Of a stretch of DNA of 64,000 nt, positions 10,980 through 21,146 are shown piece by piece. Each line of letters opens with the position of its first letter. Position 1 is the stretch's first letter. The stretch is from the NCBI GenBank assembly GCA_965204345.1, contig OZ241981.1, positions 1,920,001-1,984,000 of the forward strand, given 5' to 3'. A program made the position numbers and the translations under genes. The notes beneath the pieces are model-generated. The model was not told where the DNA came from and searched no databases. It saw only the letters and a program-made list of their open reading frames with translations. This DNA is from Nitrosopumilus sp. (GTDB lineage: Archaea; Thermoproteota; Nitrososphaeria; Nitrososphaerales; Nitrosopumilaceae).

Positions 10980-12145
10980 CTCCAGTATTCCTCCCTTACG
11001 AGTCCATCCTCGTCTTCAATGACTGACATCTTGCCTCTTAACTCTTTACTAATCAGAGAAAAGAATTCAGGATATGCTGGAAATCTGCATCTTAGCTCAA
11101 ATCCTGCCTTCCTTGAGTTTTCATCGACTTTGCTGATTTGCGGCCAAGAAAATTCCGGATTGACAAAGTCCGGGGTAAGCGGGGATATCCCTCCCCAGTC
11201 GTTTATTCCAGCTGATAGGAAACTTTGATATGATTTTGGGGAAAGATTTGGCGGAATCTGTATGTTCATTTGCGGCATGATTATTCTTGATAGTGCCACA
11301 ACTGTCTTGAAATATTTTTCATCTGCTGATGGCTCATCCCTCATTTTTGTATCTTGTTTTGGCTGAAAGTTTTGCAAAATTACCTCCTGAATATTTCCGT
11401 ACTTTTGGTGTAGATGCCTTATTGCAAATAACGAATCAATTATCTCCTCCATTGTTTCTCCTATTCCTACAAGAATGCCCGTAGTCATCGGTATTGCTAA
11501 TTTGCCTGAATTCTCCAAGATTCCCAACCTCGTCTCTGGTCTTTTACTTGCCGCTAGATGGTGCGGCATTCCTTTCTCTGTAAGTCTCTCACTTGTATTT
11601 TCCAGCATAATTCCCATTGATACATTTGTCTTTTTTAGTTCCCTCATTTCCTCATAATTTAGATTCCCTGCATTTGTGTGGGGAAATAGCCCGGCATCTA
11701 ATGCCCATTCTGATGCGTGAACCAGGTACTCTGAGGTTGACCTGAATCCGTTTTTCTTTAGCCATTCCCTTGCCTCCTGGTATCTCTGCTCTGGCTGTTC
11801 TCCTGTAACAAAAAGAGCCTCTACACACCCGTACTTTTTTGCCAGTCGCAGCAGTTCTGTAACCTGCTGTCTTGACATTAGTGACAGCTTTGCCTCTTCT
11901 GGCTCTGCCTTGTATGTGCAATAGGAACAAGTGTCCTTGCAGAGGTTTACAATGTTGAAAAATGCCTTTTTGGAGAATGTAACTGAACTGTCCTTGAACC
12001 TCATTCTTAGCTTTTGGGCGGCCAAAAACAGTTCATCTGATGACTGTGTTGATTTCTGATAAATTTCAATAGCATCCTGACGTGATACTGCTTTATCCTC
12101 TAAAACATTGTTTAGACCCTCAGAATCAAAGACAAGATTACTCAA
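10976..12145 (-). CDS. cofG: FO synthase subunit CofG (radical SAM)
   Basis: LCKDTCSYCTY, PHTNAG, TTGILVGIGE, IQIPPNL, GINDWGGISP; 4-nt overlap with cofH. Confidence 0.93.
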   Translation of the reverse strand: MSNLVFDSEGLNNVLEDKAVSRQDAIEIYQKSTQSSDELFLAAQKLRMRFKDSSVTFSKKAFFNIVNLCKDTCSYCTYKAEPEEAKLSLMSRQQVTELLRLAKKYGCVEALFVTGEQPEQRYQEAREWLKKNGFRSTSEYLVHASEWALDAGLFPHTNAGNLNYEEMRELKKTNVSMGIMLENTSERLTEKGMPHHLAASKRPETRLGILENSGKLAIPMTTGILVGIGETMEEIIDSLFAIRHLHQKYGNIQEVILQNFQPKQDTKMRDEPSADEKYFKTVVALSRIIMPQMNIQIPPNLSPKSYQSFLSAGINDWGGISPLTPDFVNPEFSWPQISKVDENSRKAGFELRCRFPAYPEFFSLISKELRGKMSVIEDEDGLVREEYWR

Positions 12146-12187
12146 CAGAAAGATTTCTTGATTGGCAGTATTTATGCTTGTATTGGA

Positions 12188-13345
12188 CTAGTTAGAAGAC
12201 GGTCTCTCCTGTAGGGTAATTGTCACATTTGTTGTCCTGCCATCCCTTAGAATTTCTAATACCATCTCGTCTCCTACTGATTTTGCCCTTTGCAAGTGAA
12301 TCAAAATATCGCTAATCTTCCTAACCTCGATTCCGTCTACTGATAAAATTATGTCTCCGCCTATTGGGTAATTGGCTCCCTTGACTTCTATGGTCTTATC
12401 AGATCCAATCAATCCTGCATTGTATGCTGGACTGTCCTCCACCACTGTGATGACTAGAAATCCCACCGCATCTTTTAGATTCAGCACATCTGCCATGTCC
12501 GGATCAATGTCTCGACCTGAAATTCCAATCCACGGGTGCTTGTATTCTCCTGCCTCAATTAACGTTGGAACGATTTTGGCAACTGTTTGTGATGGTACTG
12601 CAAATCCCACCCCGGTAAATTCCCCTGTTGCTGATTGTATTGCGGTGTTTATTCCGACTATGTCCCCGCGCATATTAAGCAGCGGTCCCCCTGAATTACC
12701 CGGGTTGATTGCAGCATCTGTCTGAATCACATCCGGAATTGAAAAGCCTGCCCCTGACGGAAGCAATCTTCCTAACTGACTGACAATCCCCGATGTCATG
12801 GAGCCTGATAATCCAAACGGGTTTCCAATTGCCGCTATCTCTTCTCCCACCTTGAGATTAGACGAATCGCCAATTGACAACGGATTCAACAGGCTTAGAT
12901 CTGCATTGACCTTGATAATTGCGATATCTGTAAACTCATCCACTCCTATAATTTCTGCATTATATGACCTGCCATCAAGAAATGTCACCGTAACCTTGGT
13001 TGCATCCTTGACAACATGGGCATTTGTAATTATGTGTCCTTTTTTGTCAAATACAAATCCTGAACCAACTCCTCCCAGAATGTCTATTGTCTGGCTTCTT
13101 TGAACATTGACTCGTACCACTCCTGGCTCTGATTTTTCAAAGATTTCAATCAATGACAGGCTCTCTGAATAATCTGGTGCTGTTGTCTCTTTGACTGTAT
13201 CTTCTATGTCCTGCTCCTCTGCTATGGTGCTTGGTTTTAGAGATTCTGGAGGCGGCACAAACAGCACACCGACAATTACCAGTACTATTGCAGCTCCTAT
13301 AGCCCCGCCTGCTAGCATTCCTGATTTGTCCATAGAGTTTTTCAT
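12188..13345 (-). CDS. HtrA/DegP-like membrane serine protease with PDZ domain
   Basis: ITNAHVV, DIAII, QTDAAINPGNSGGPL, C-terminal PDZ, N-terminal TM; start at 13345 or 13333. Confidence 0.93.
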   Translation of the reverse strand: MKNSMDKSGMLAGGAIGAAIVLVIVGVLFVPPPESLKPSTIAEEQDIEDTVKETTAPDYSESLSLIEIFEKSEPGVVRVNVQRSQTIDILGGVGSGFVFDKKGHIITNAHVVKDATKVTVTFLDGRSYNAEIIGVDEFTDIAIIKVNADLSLLNPLSIGDSSNLKVGEEIAAIGNPFGLSGSMTSGIVSQLGRLLPSGAGFSIPDVIQTDAAINPGNSGGPLLNMRGDIVGINTAIQSATGEFTGVGFAVPSQTVAKIVPTLIEAGEYKHPWIGISGRDIDPDMADVLNLKDAVGFLVITVVEDSPAYNAGLIGSDKTIEVKGANYPIGGDIILSVDGIEVRKISDILIHLQRAKSVGDEMVLEILRDGRTTNVTITLQERPSSN

Positions 13346-13371
13346 TCCTTGTTTTCTATCTAAAAGGCTTG

Positions 13372-14595
13372 CTATACTCTGATGGAATTTTGGGTATGGT
13401 CTTTCATGGAATAGCTTCTTCCTCTCCATATTACTGATGATGATTTCTTTGCCTGCAGTAATCCGTTTAAAAATCCCAAGACTACTACAAAGCTGCCCAC
13501 TGGTGCAAACATGGCATATGCCATTCTCAGTTTTAGCCCAATTTTTATCTCAATTACTGCTCCAACGTAAATTAGGGCTGATGCAATGGCTGATGCCATG
13601 CATAGCATCTTTGCAGATGCTGTTTCAGCTGGAATTGACGATGCTGCTGTTGCTGCTGATATTGCAAATATTGGAAACGGCACAAATAACAAAAATGTTA
13701 CCGCAAAGAAGATTCCTATTGCAATCTTGCCATCCTGAAGATACAGTGGAATCATCAGTCTCTTCAAGGCATTCCACAGGGTATTCCTGTCTCGTGCCCA
13801 AACTGCGTCAATGAGATGCTCACCCCTGACCATCCTCATTTTGTATCCTCCCTCTTTGACCTTCTTGCCTAGTGCTCCATCCTCAATAATTTCCTGTTTT
13901 ACACCCTCATGTGTTCCTATTTGCTGATATGTTGTCTTTTTTAGAATAAAAAAACTGCCAAAAAAATATCCTGTTTTCTTTGATGGATTATTCACATTCA
14001 AAGCTGAGAACCTGGTATGCAGAAATGTAGAGATCATTGGAAGCGTAATGTTTGTCCAAAAATCAAATGTGAGCATTCTTGGAATCGCTGATAGTGCATC
14101 AAGATTAAATGAATTCAGATGTGATACTGCAAGTGACATTACATTTTTTGCATGATGCGTGTCTGCATCTGTAAATAACAGCAACTCTCCTGTTGCCTTG
14201 TCATATCCTTGCATACACGCCCAATTTTTCCCCATCCATCCATCCGGTTTTGGTTTTGCCGATACAGCAATTATTTTTTCATGCCTTTTTGCATATTCTG
14301 AAATTATTTTCCCTGTTGCATCATCAGACGAATCATCAATTGCAATAATTTCAAAATTTTCATAGTCTTGCCCTACTAGGGAATCCAGGCATCTCTTGAT
14401 GTGTTTTTCCTCATTTCGTGCCGGCAGAATTACTGAGACTCTGGGGCTTGTTTTTGACGTGTTTTCAAATTTATCCAGATACGGTGCTAGCCTAAACGAA
14501 TCTGTCATGGATTTTATCAGATATATCCAAGCACCCGAAATTCCAACCAGCACTGCAGTTAGCGAATAATTAAAGATATCCGTAAACAGTTCCAT
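13372..14595 (-). CDS. Glycosyltransferase family 2, membrane-bound
   Basis: SVILPARNEE, IDDSSDD, GWMGKNWA, FTDAD, EDGALG. Confidence 0.9.
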   Translation of the reverse strand: MELFTDIFNYSLTAVLVGISGAWIYLIKSMTDSFRLAPYLDKFENTSKTSPRVSVILPARNEEKHIKRCLDSLVGQDYENFEIIAIDDSSDDATGKIISEYAKRHEKIIAVSAKPKPDGWMGKNWACMQGYDKATGELLLFTDADTHHAKNVMSLAVSHLNSFNLDALSAIPRMLTFDFWTNITLPMISTFLHTRFSALNVNNPSKKTGYFFGSFFILKKTTYQQIGTHEGVKQEIIEDGALGKKVKEGGYKMRMVRGEHLIDAVWARDRNTLWNALKRLMIPLYLQDGKIAIGIFFAVTFLLFVPFPIFAISAATAASSIPAETASAKMLCMASAIASALIYVGAVIEIKIGLKLRMAYAMFAPVGSFVVVLGFLNGLLQAKKSSSVIWRGRSYSMKDHTQNSIRV

Positions 14596-14600
14596 GAATC

Positions 14601-15017
14601 CTATCTCTCTGCTTCTTCTTTAATTGCTTGCATGGCCTGCTCTGTCCCACTCTTGATGTGTTTTTTAATCATGCCTGTAAACATTCCCATAATGCCGGTT
14701 AGCTTAATGTCCCAGTCTGTGCACAGCATGGTCTTGTCCTCTTTTGGAACCAGTGATATGATCTTCTCTCCGTCTATGATTCCTTTGATGAATTTGGCCT
14801 CTATCCTTTCTTTGGGGTAAATTTTTACCTCTTGCAGGCATTTTTGATCCCTAAATGCAATTATGACCTCTCTGCTTATGATGTTGTCTTTTTTGGAGAT
14901 GTTTCTGACTTTTTTTGTTCCTTTCCAAAACTTTGGCTCATTATCAATATCTGATACAACCTCCCACACTCTGTCACTTTTTGCATTGATTTCTGTCTCT
15001 ACCCTGATTGTAGCCAT
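14601..15017 (-). CDS. SRPBCC (START-like/polyketide cyclase) family protein
   Basis: INAKSDRVWEVVSDIDNEPKFW N-terminal signature. Confidence 0.82.
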   Translation of the reverse strand: MATIRVETEINAKSDRVWEVVSDIDNEPKFWKGTKKVRNISKKDNIISREVIIAFRDQKCLQEVKIYPKERIEAKFIKGIIDGEKIISLVPKEDKTMLCTDWDIKLTGIMGMFTGMIKKHIKSGTEQAMQAIKEEAER

Positions 15018-15069
15018 GCTACCACGCATTTGTGTCGCATTAAATATATTAGATTCGTATTATATCTTG

Positions 15070-15156
15070 AGGTAGGCTGTGATGGGTAAATGCCTAAAAT
15101 CCGGAACACTAACTCCAGTTCCAACGGCGTTTGCCATTCTTCCGTCACAGCCACCT
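15070..15156 (+). ncRNA. Candidate structured small RNA (three nested stems)
   Basis: GGCTGTGATGG/CCGTCACAGCC, GTAAATGCC/GGCGTTTGC, GGAAC/GTTCC; G-U pairs favour the + strand; TTAAATAT box about 30 nt upstream. Confidence 0.55.
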
Positions 15157-15190
15157 AAAATTTAAAAAGAAAACTATGTTCTCAAACTAT

Positions 15191-15388
15191 ATGCCAAAAA
15201 TTCAAACCCTGGATGGTGCCGGATTCTGGAAAAACGCATATGCACACCAACGCGGAAAGTTACTCAAAAAAGTAAACGTTCCTGAAGATCAAATTATTAT
15301 ACTTGTCAATAAGCAGTATATGGAAATTCCAGCTGCATTACGATATGAGATTGAAACTAGCGGAATAGATAAAAAAGAACTCCTATAA
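15191..15388 (+). CDS. Small hypothetical protein (65 aa)
   Basis: MPKIQTLDGAGFWKNAYAHQRGKLL...; protein-like composition, co-oriented with the next gene. Confidence 0.7.
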   Translation: MPKIQTLDGAGFWKNAYAHQRGKLLKKVNVPEDQIIILVNKQYMEIPAALRYEIETSGIDKKELL

Positions 15389-15429
15389 CATTCGAAATTG
15401 ATTTTAACTAGAAGAATCAGGGTTTGATT

Positions 15430-15759
15430 ATGACTGATGTGTCTTATGATGACTTTGCAAAGCTGGATATTAGAGTTGCAAAAATCATTGCAACTGAACC
15501 TATTGAGGGCAAATCTCGAATCATTAAGGGAAGAATTGACTTGGGCGGAGACGACCAGCGTGATGTTATAATTGGCGGCGCACAATATTACCTGCCTGAA
15601 GACCTTGTGGGAAAGACTGTCATTGTAATTGCCAATCTTGAACCCAAGAGGATGGCAGGCGTTGAATCAAATGCAATGCTGTTGGCAGCTGACGTTGATG
15701 ACAAGCCATTCTGGCTTACTGTGTCCCAAGACGTTCCATTAGGCAGCCTGATAAAATAA
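15430..15759 (+). CDS. tRNA-binding OB-fold protein (CsaA/Trbp111/MetRS C-terminal-like)
   Basis: SYDDFAKLDIRVAKI and ANLEPKRMAGVESNAMLLAA. Confidence 0.9.
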   Translation: MTDVSYDDFAKLDIRVAKIIATEPIEGKSRIIKGRIDLGGDDQRDVIIGGAQYYLPEDLVGKTVIVIANLEPKRMAGVESNAMLLAADVDDKPFWLTVSQDVPLGSLIK

Positions 15760-15954
15760 CTCTAAAAGTTTAGTTTTAGAAATGGGATATTTCAATTTCT
15801 CAAAGTGAGTTGCAATACAGAATCTGACCAGCTCTTTAATCTGTAATTCATTTTCCGTTTTAGACCCACTCCGATATTATTTTATGATGTGCAAAAAAAT
15901 TCATGTATTTTTTGCCTGATTATTGCATTTAACATTTAAGACTGTGTGATTTGC

Positions 15955-16683
15955 TCAAACACCAAATTCCTTGATCTTCATCTTCCCCTTGAGATAAACG
16001 GCGTAATGCTGCAATCCGGTATCTATGCAATAGTGCTCTGAATCTTTTGTTCTAGCATGCATTATTTTACTTCCTTTTGTGTGTCCAAAGATCTGATTGA
16101 CTCCTGGAACGTCCACAAATTCCCCATAATCACACCACAGTGGACCGCCTACCATGTTTGAACCGCCGCGAGAAAACCCTACCTGAAAAAAGGAATGCAT
16201 ACGATCTACATCATCAATATCTTTTAGATCCTCTTTAGAATAATCCAACACCTCCTGAACTGAATCTGATTTTTTTCTACGCTGCTGTTTGAGAAAATCA
16301 TGGGATAGCCCTGCATGAGTGCACAGCCAATCATCGATCCAATGATACATCTTTAGTTTACCCCAAGGAATAGACTGCTGTTTTATCAAGTCATGTTTTT
16401 CTTCTGCATACCCAGAGCACTTGAGATTTGGGTTATCAGTCATATAGCTAAGATCATGGTTGCCAATCAGATGAACTCGGTTTTGTATTTGCAATGATTT
16501 GTCAAGCCATCTTGCAGTATTTGCAGCGTCCTTGTCAGTATCATAAAAATTATCAAAATAATCTCCCAAAAATACAACCTGATCAGGTTTTTCTTTTTTG
16601 ATAATTTTTTCTGCAATCTCAAATTCATTATGGATATCAGCAATAATCACGAATTTTTCAGATGACAAAATGTTAGAAGACAT
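15955..16683 (-). CDS. Calcineurin-like metallophosphoesterase
   Basis: DIH, GDYFD, GNHD, THAG and GHT motifs in the correct order. Confidence 0.88.
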   Translation of the reverse strand: MSSNILSSEKFVIIADIHNEFEIAEKIIKKEKPDQVVFLGDYFDNFYDTDKDAANTARWLDKSLQIQNRVHLIGNHDLSYMTDNPNLKCSGYAEEKHDLIKQQSIPWGKLKMYHWIDDWLCTHAGLSHDFLKQQRRKKSDSVQEVLDYSKEDLKDIDDVDRMHSFFQVGFSRGGSNMVGGPLWCDYGEFVDVPGVNQIFGHTKGSKIMHARTKDSEHYCIDTGLQHYAVYLKGKMKIKEFGV

Positions 16684-16739
16684 GATTATTTTACCGCTTA
16701 GATGCTAATTTAGATTCTGTGATTTTAAAAATTTTTTTT

Positions 16740-16951
16740 AAACATGATTTATGAAAAGTATGTTAAGCATGCCTTGTTAGCTTGATGGCTTGCTGGAATT
16801 TTTACCGTCCTGCTAAACATGGTCCAGAAATATGATGTGTTTGCAGTGACTGGGCATGGCAAAAGATGTTCTCAGATGTTCAAGTAATAACAGAATATGG
16901 GAGATGTATGGCATATTGCTTGTAGTTAGTATGCAGTATTCCTTGCCTAAG
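16740..16951 (+). repeat. Dispersed repeat family B, copy 1
   Basis: About 210 bp; reverse-complement match to 33893-34101 (e.g. AAACATGGTCCAGAAATA-GATGTGTTTGCAGTGAC, GATGTATGGCA-ATTGCTTGTAGTTAGT, ATTCCTTGCCTAAG). Confidence 0.85.
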
Positions 16952-17134
16952 TGGACTTGCTGCAATTGCAATATTGGGACCAAATGCATGGCTAATAGTT
17001 TGATATGTGATCATTGCATTGATAATTATTCTACTGTTCCAAACTCGAAACATTTCATAGGACTTCAATTTAGTTTGATAAATTCCCGTAATTAGATCAT
17101 TAAAATTTATCAAGAAGTTTGCACTAAAGATGCA

Positions 17135-17368
17135 ATGATAAGGTTCACATCCACTCTTTCTTTATTTGGCATTACGCTCATAATCTTTACGATAGTTGGC
17201 ATACTTTTGATACCCACATGTTCTTATTATTTTGATGATACAATAACATGCGGACCAGACCCGAATCTGCCTCCACAAATTGCTATTGATATATGTGTGC
17301 AGCGAACAGCTCCTATTGCGGTATGCTCAAGTGTTTGGGACGACATACAAGCCGCCTTAGAACCGTGA
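17135..17368 (+). CDS. Small membrane-anchored Cys-containing hypothetical protein
   Basis: N-terminal hydrophobic helix, 4 Cys. Confidence 0.5.
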   Translation: MIRFTSTLSLFGITLIIFTIVGILLIPTCSYYFDDTITCGPDPNLPPQIAIDICVQRTAPIAVCSSVWDDIQAALEP

Positions 17369-17403
17369 AATGACTGGCAACTCATCCTAAAAACTGTCAA
17401 CAG

Positions 17404-17638
17404 TGCATCCTGGCAATAAATTGTCAAGTTCCAGTGATCAGATAATCAAAGTATGCCAAATCCATTAAATTGTATTTCTGACAGTTGATCCTACATGGCT
17501 GAAAAGTTTGCAGCAGACAGATGCATGGTCATTGACCAAAACAAGATGACTGTCATAAAAGTTACCTCATCCAAATTTGATTCTGTCTCACATTCCAAAA
17601 TAGACCGGAGATATGCACAGACACTGTCAGGCAAAGAC
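17404..17638 (+). repeat. 235-bp inverted duplication of 21958-22192 (3' part of family A + 5' end of the HEAT gene)
   Basis: Colinear reverse-complement alignment of equal length; both encode MAEKFA..RCMV.DQNK.TVIK.TSSKFDS.S.SKID.RYAQTLSG. Confidence 0.92.
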
Positions 17639-17692
17639 TGTGTATTACAAGATACACTGTTTCAAACTCTGGGCATTGCCCCTAGTGCTTAA
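17495..17692 (+). pseudogene. Truncated copy of the HEAT-repeat gene at 21592-22101
   Basis: First ~48 aa are near-identical to the 169-aa ORF, then the sequences diverge. Confidence 0.8.
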
Positions 17693-17946
17693 TTTGGGAC
17701 ATGGAATAACCTTCTAATCCAAAGGATGGCCTAATGCATGTCTACTTTAACATTATAATCTGTCAGTCCGTTGTTCCAAACTAGTTCGTACTTTATTTGG
17801 AGATATGATCATATGCAAGTATAATATTTTGCAGCATTAAAGCAGATGTGTTTGCATTAGATTTGCCAAAACATATTTGAGAAAATCAACCAAAATGAGA
17901 CAAGGAGAAGATCCTAACTAATGATGTTACAAAGCCATTTGTGACA

Positions 17947-18507
17947 TTAATCATAAATCATTAATTTTTTCTCTTCTAGTAGTGAATGCAGGTTGTTTAC
18001 AGATCTGTAGACATCTGTTTCCTGTTTTGCCCCGGTACAAACAAGCTTTCCTGATGAAAATAACAAAATGACTGTTTTTGGGTCTATCATTCTGTGAATA
18101 AGTCCTGGAAACTGCTCAGGCTCATACATGCTTCGTGGCAACGTTCTTGCTGCCTGTTCCAGATGGATCTTTCCGCCTAGATTAATTGATGCTACCATGT
18201 TTTGAATTGTAACCTCTGCATCTTTTTTCACTTTGATTCCGCCTTTTCGTAATTTCTGTACGACTGTCTTTACTGCTTTTCTGGCCATCTCTTCTGATTT
18301 TGAACCCGTACATACCATTTTGCCTGAAGTAAAGATCAGCGTTGCTGTCTTTGGAATTTTTAGTCTAAATACTAATCCTGGAAACTGATCCGGGTGATAT
18401 TCCACATCTGGAAATCTCCTGGTAATGTCGTTTAGATCCATTTTTTGCATTACGTCTGCTGAGGCTACTACGTTTTCTACACTAACGATGGGTTTTGTTT
18501 GTGGCAT
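17947..18507 (-). CDS. tbp: TATA-box-binding protein
   Basis: Two direct repeats YHPDQFPGLVFR/YEPEQFPGLIHR and LIFTSGKMVCTG/LLFSSGKLVCTG; start MPQTKP at 18507. Confidence 0.97.
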   Translation of the reverse strand: MPQTKPIVSVENVVASADVMQKMDLNDITRRFPDVEYHPDQFPGLVFRLKIPKTATLIFTSGKMVCTGSKSEEMARKAVKTVVQKLRKGGIKVKKDAEVTIQNMVASINLGGKIHLEQAARTLPRSMYEPEQFPGLIHRMIDPKTVILLFSSGKLVCTGAKQETDVYRSVNNLHSLLEEKKLMIYD

Positions 18508-18652
18508 ATTCGGCTTTTTTTGTATTTGAACTATAATAAAAGGACTCGCCGTCATTTTTCTCAGAAATGCACCTTTTTCTCATTTTGATCCGTAATTTGG
18601 TCCTTAATTTTAGGAAGAATGCTTTAATTTGGTTCTATGATCTGTTGATTCA

Positions 18653-19774
18653 GTGAATTTTACAAATTTTGATCTTGATCAGTTGTTTGCAATGAGCGAT
18701 GACTCTAATCCCTTGATGATGCTGGTTTGGATTTTACCGATAATTCTTTTTGTTTTTTACGGGCAACAGATCCAGTTATTTGTCACATCAAGGGAAATTA
18801 AAAAAAGCATCAAAAAATTAGACGGGTTTAGAGAAGGCTCTAGAGCCGAATTAATCAGTTATGTAAAAAATAACTTGGATCCTACGGGCAATCCTACAAA
18901 AAAAATTGATAAATTCTTGGATTATTTTACTATAATGCCCGTAGACATGGATCCTAATGGCATAGTTGACAAAGTCCAGCACACTGTGAGATCCAGAGAA
19001 GACTATACCAGAGAGCATGTTAAATCACTTTTGGCAGAAGTCAATGAGCTTGAACTGGCCAAGGTGCAAACTTTACTTGAAATTGCCTCTTCATTGCAGA
19101 TGATTTACAAAATAATTAACCACATGTTCCTAACTGCAAAAAAACAAAACAACTATCCTCTGATTTTGCCTTTACAGATGATTCTCCCCTTTATAATGGA
19201 GCAGGCAGAAGCCATGAAGGAAGCAATTCCCGCATTTAAAGCAGGCCAGCCTGTGGGGGACGGTATTGGTCCCATGGTTGTAGGAAAAATGATGCTAAAA
19301 CACAGCAAGGAAAAAATTGCATTTCAGACATCCCTTGCAAAGACTGATTTTGAAGACAGGCACTTGTTCTTACTAAAAGCTGAGGGTCCAAGTTCTACTG
19401 TGGGACGGCCAGCAGATGCCCTTCTGAGAATCGCCTCTAAAAACAAGCTTGATGCAATTATTATGATTGATGCTGCACTGAAAATGGAGGGTGAAGATTC
19501 TGCAACAATTGCCCAAGGCTTTGGTGCAGCTATTGGAGGCATTGGCACTGAAAGATTCCAAATTGAATCAGTAGGTGCCGCCAAAAACATACCGATATTT
19601 TCAATTGTAATCAAGCAATCTGTAAAGGAGGCAATAACTTTGATGACTAGGGATATTGCTGATACTGCCGATGATGTCAGGATGCAAGTTTATGATATGA
19701 TTCGAGAGAATACTGTTTCTGGCAACTCTGTAGTGATTGTCGGCGTAGGAAATACTTGTGGGGTGCCACAATGA
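18653..19774 (+). CDS. DUF1512 family protein
   Basis: PVDMDPNG, PVGDGIGP, GPSSTVG, IDAALKMEGE, GVGNTCGV; adjacent to map. Confidence 0.85.
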   Translation: MNFTNFDLDQLFAMSDDSNPLMMLVWILPIILFVFYGQQIQLFVTSREIKKSIKKLDGFREGSRAELISYVKNNLDPTGNPTKKIDKFLDYFTIMPVDMDPNGIVDKVQHTVRSREDYTREHVKSLLAEVNELELAKVQTLLEIASSLQMIYKIINHMFLTAKKQNNYPLILPLQMILPFIMEQAEAMKEAIPAFKAGQPVGDGIGPMVVGKMMLKHSKEKIAFQTSLAKTDFEDRHLFLLKAEGPSSTVGRPADALLRIASKNKLDAIIMIDAALKMEGEDSATIAQGFGAAIGGIGTERFQIESVGAAKNIPIFSIVIKQSVKEAITLMTRDIADTADDVRMQVYDMIRENTVSGNSVVIVGVGNTCGVPQ

Positions 19775-19953
19775 TATTCTCAAAGAAGAAAATTACTATT
19801 GCATATACTGTGGAGCAATGTACAAAATGCGGTTCTATGAGCAAAAGAAAATTTCAAAAAGGCGATGTCTTATTTGCAGACACATCCAAATGTGCCTCCT
19901 GTAATGAGGCTGTTTGCATTGAGAAAATATTTGGCCAAACAACCGAACAATAA
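19771..19953 (+). CDS. Small zinc-ribbon protein
   Basis: CTKC...CASC; ATGA overlap with the DUF1512 stop codon. Confidence 0.75.
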   Translation: MIFSKKKITIAYTVEQCTKCGSMSKRKFQKGDVLFADTSKCASCNEAVCIEKIFGQTTEQ

Positions 19954-19961
19954 CTCTTGGA

Positions 19962-20075
19962 TCATTTTGTTCTATATTTTACGTTACAGCAAGGACAGAA
20001 CCATGAGACTGCCTCTCCCTGCTCTTTGAACATGAATCCTCTACATTTTGGACATGCCCTGACTTCTTCACTCAT
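19962..20075 (-). CDS. Zinc-ribbon micro-protein, 37 aa (not in ORF track)
   Basis: Translated by hand: MSEEVRACPKCRGFMFKEQGEAVSWFCPCCNVKYRTK; downstream of and co-oriented with map. Confidence 0.65.
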   Translation of the reverse strand: MSEEVRACPKCRGFMFKEQGEAVSWFCPCCNVKYRTK

Positions 20076-20099
20076 ACTTTTTCCTGGTGTTTTTTTGAG

Positions 20100-20996
20100 C
20101 TATTCTGCCTTGGTTGTGACTGTGACTCCTGTCTCACCTGGAATGAATGTGTGTTCTGCCTGAGCAACCCTTTGTTCGTTTACTTCTACAAGTACTGGAT
20201 ATGCCTGTACTGCCTTTTTCTTTACTAGAAAATCTAATAACTCCTTTCCCTTCTTTTCTTCCCATTCTTTTGCAATCCATCTTAGCGCAAATGGTAGCAT
20301 ATTGAAGTTTTCCCAGATAAAGTCTAGCAGTCTGTCTGCCTCTTCATTTTTTGTCTTCTTTCGTGAATTTAATGCAAAAATATTTTTTACTTGTCCGTTT
20401 CTCACAAATCCTCCGCCCTGCTCTGTTGTTACAAATGGTTCACATGCATAGGCTGAGTTTTCTGAAAGTGAAAATCCCCCAATTGACCAGATGTTTGGAA
20501 TTGACTTGCCTGCATGTATTGTGTACTGTTCTAGCGAGTGTCCGCTCAGATTTGCAATTGGCTTGAATCCCATTTTTTTAATTGTCGTCTCAATTGTTCG
20601 ACCCACATCACTTGCTTTGACTCCCGATTTTATCATGGACATTGCGTTTTCTAATGCTTCTTCTGCTGCTTGCACTAGCCCGTCAAACTGTGCATCATAA
20701 CATACTGTCACTGCCGTATCTGCAATGTATCCGTCAATCTGTGCGCCAAGATCAATTTTTACCAAATCCGTATCCCTGATTGTAATTGGGTCATTTGGCT
20801 CTGCCGTATAGTGAGCTGCAATTTCATTAATGCTTGCATTTACTGGAAATGCACATTTTGCACCCCTTTTCCTAATCTCTCCTTCTACTTCTTCACAAAT
20901 CTCAAAAACTGATTTGCCTATCCAGTCTTTTACTCTGACAATCTCTCTTACTTCTGCTGCAATTTTGCCAGCTTTGATGTATTGCTCTGTTTGCAC
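20100..20996 (-). CDS. map: Methionine aminopeptidase type II
   Basis: AFPVN, AAHYT, KIDLG..DGYIADTA, NLSGHS, CEPF, QAEHT. Confidence 0.96.
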   Translation of the reverse strand: MQTEQYIKAGKIAAEVREIVRVKDWIGKSVFEICEEVEGEIRKRGAKCAFPVNASINEIAAHYTAEPNDPITIRDTDLVKIDLGAQIDGYIADTAVTVCYDAQFDGLVQAAEEALENAMSMIKSGVKASDVGRTIETTIKKMGFKPIANLSGHSLEQYTIHAGKSIPNIWSIGGFSLSENSAYACEPFVTTEQGGGFVRNGQVKNIFALNSRKKTKNEEADRLLDFIWENFNMLPFALRWIAKEWEEKKGKELLDFLVKKKAVQAYPVLVEVNEQRVAQAEHTFIPGETGVTVTTKAE

Positions 20997-21069
20997 GATT
21001 TCGATCGTAATTTTGCCTTTAAAATGATTATCTGTGAAGCTTAAATTTGGGCAATTCTTTGGATTTGTT

Positions 21070-21146
21070 GGGATTGTGGTCTAGCTTGGTATGATTCTGC
21101 GTTTGGGACGCAGAGGTCGGGAATTCAAATTTCCCCAATCCCACCA
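21070..21146 (+). tRNA. tRNA-Pro(UGG), intronless, CCA encoded
   Basis: Acceptor GGGATTG/CAATCCC-A-CCA; anticodon arm CTGCG-TTTGGGA-CGCAG; T arm GGGAA-TTCAAAT-TTCCC. Confidence 0.95.

Noticed and set aside
9723-12145. cofG/cofH (with cofC/cofD at 48-49 kb) as a novel pathway
   Set aside because: F420 biosynthesis genes are well known in Thaumarchaeota
16856-17113. ORFs 16856-17095(+) and 16880-17113(-)
   Set aside because: They overlap repeat B and have no motif support; a third frame has hydrophobic stretches broken by stops, so at most a remnant
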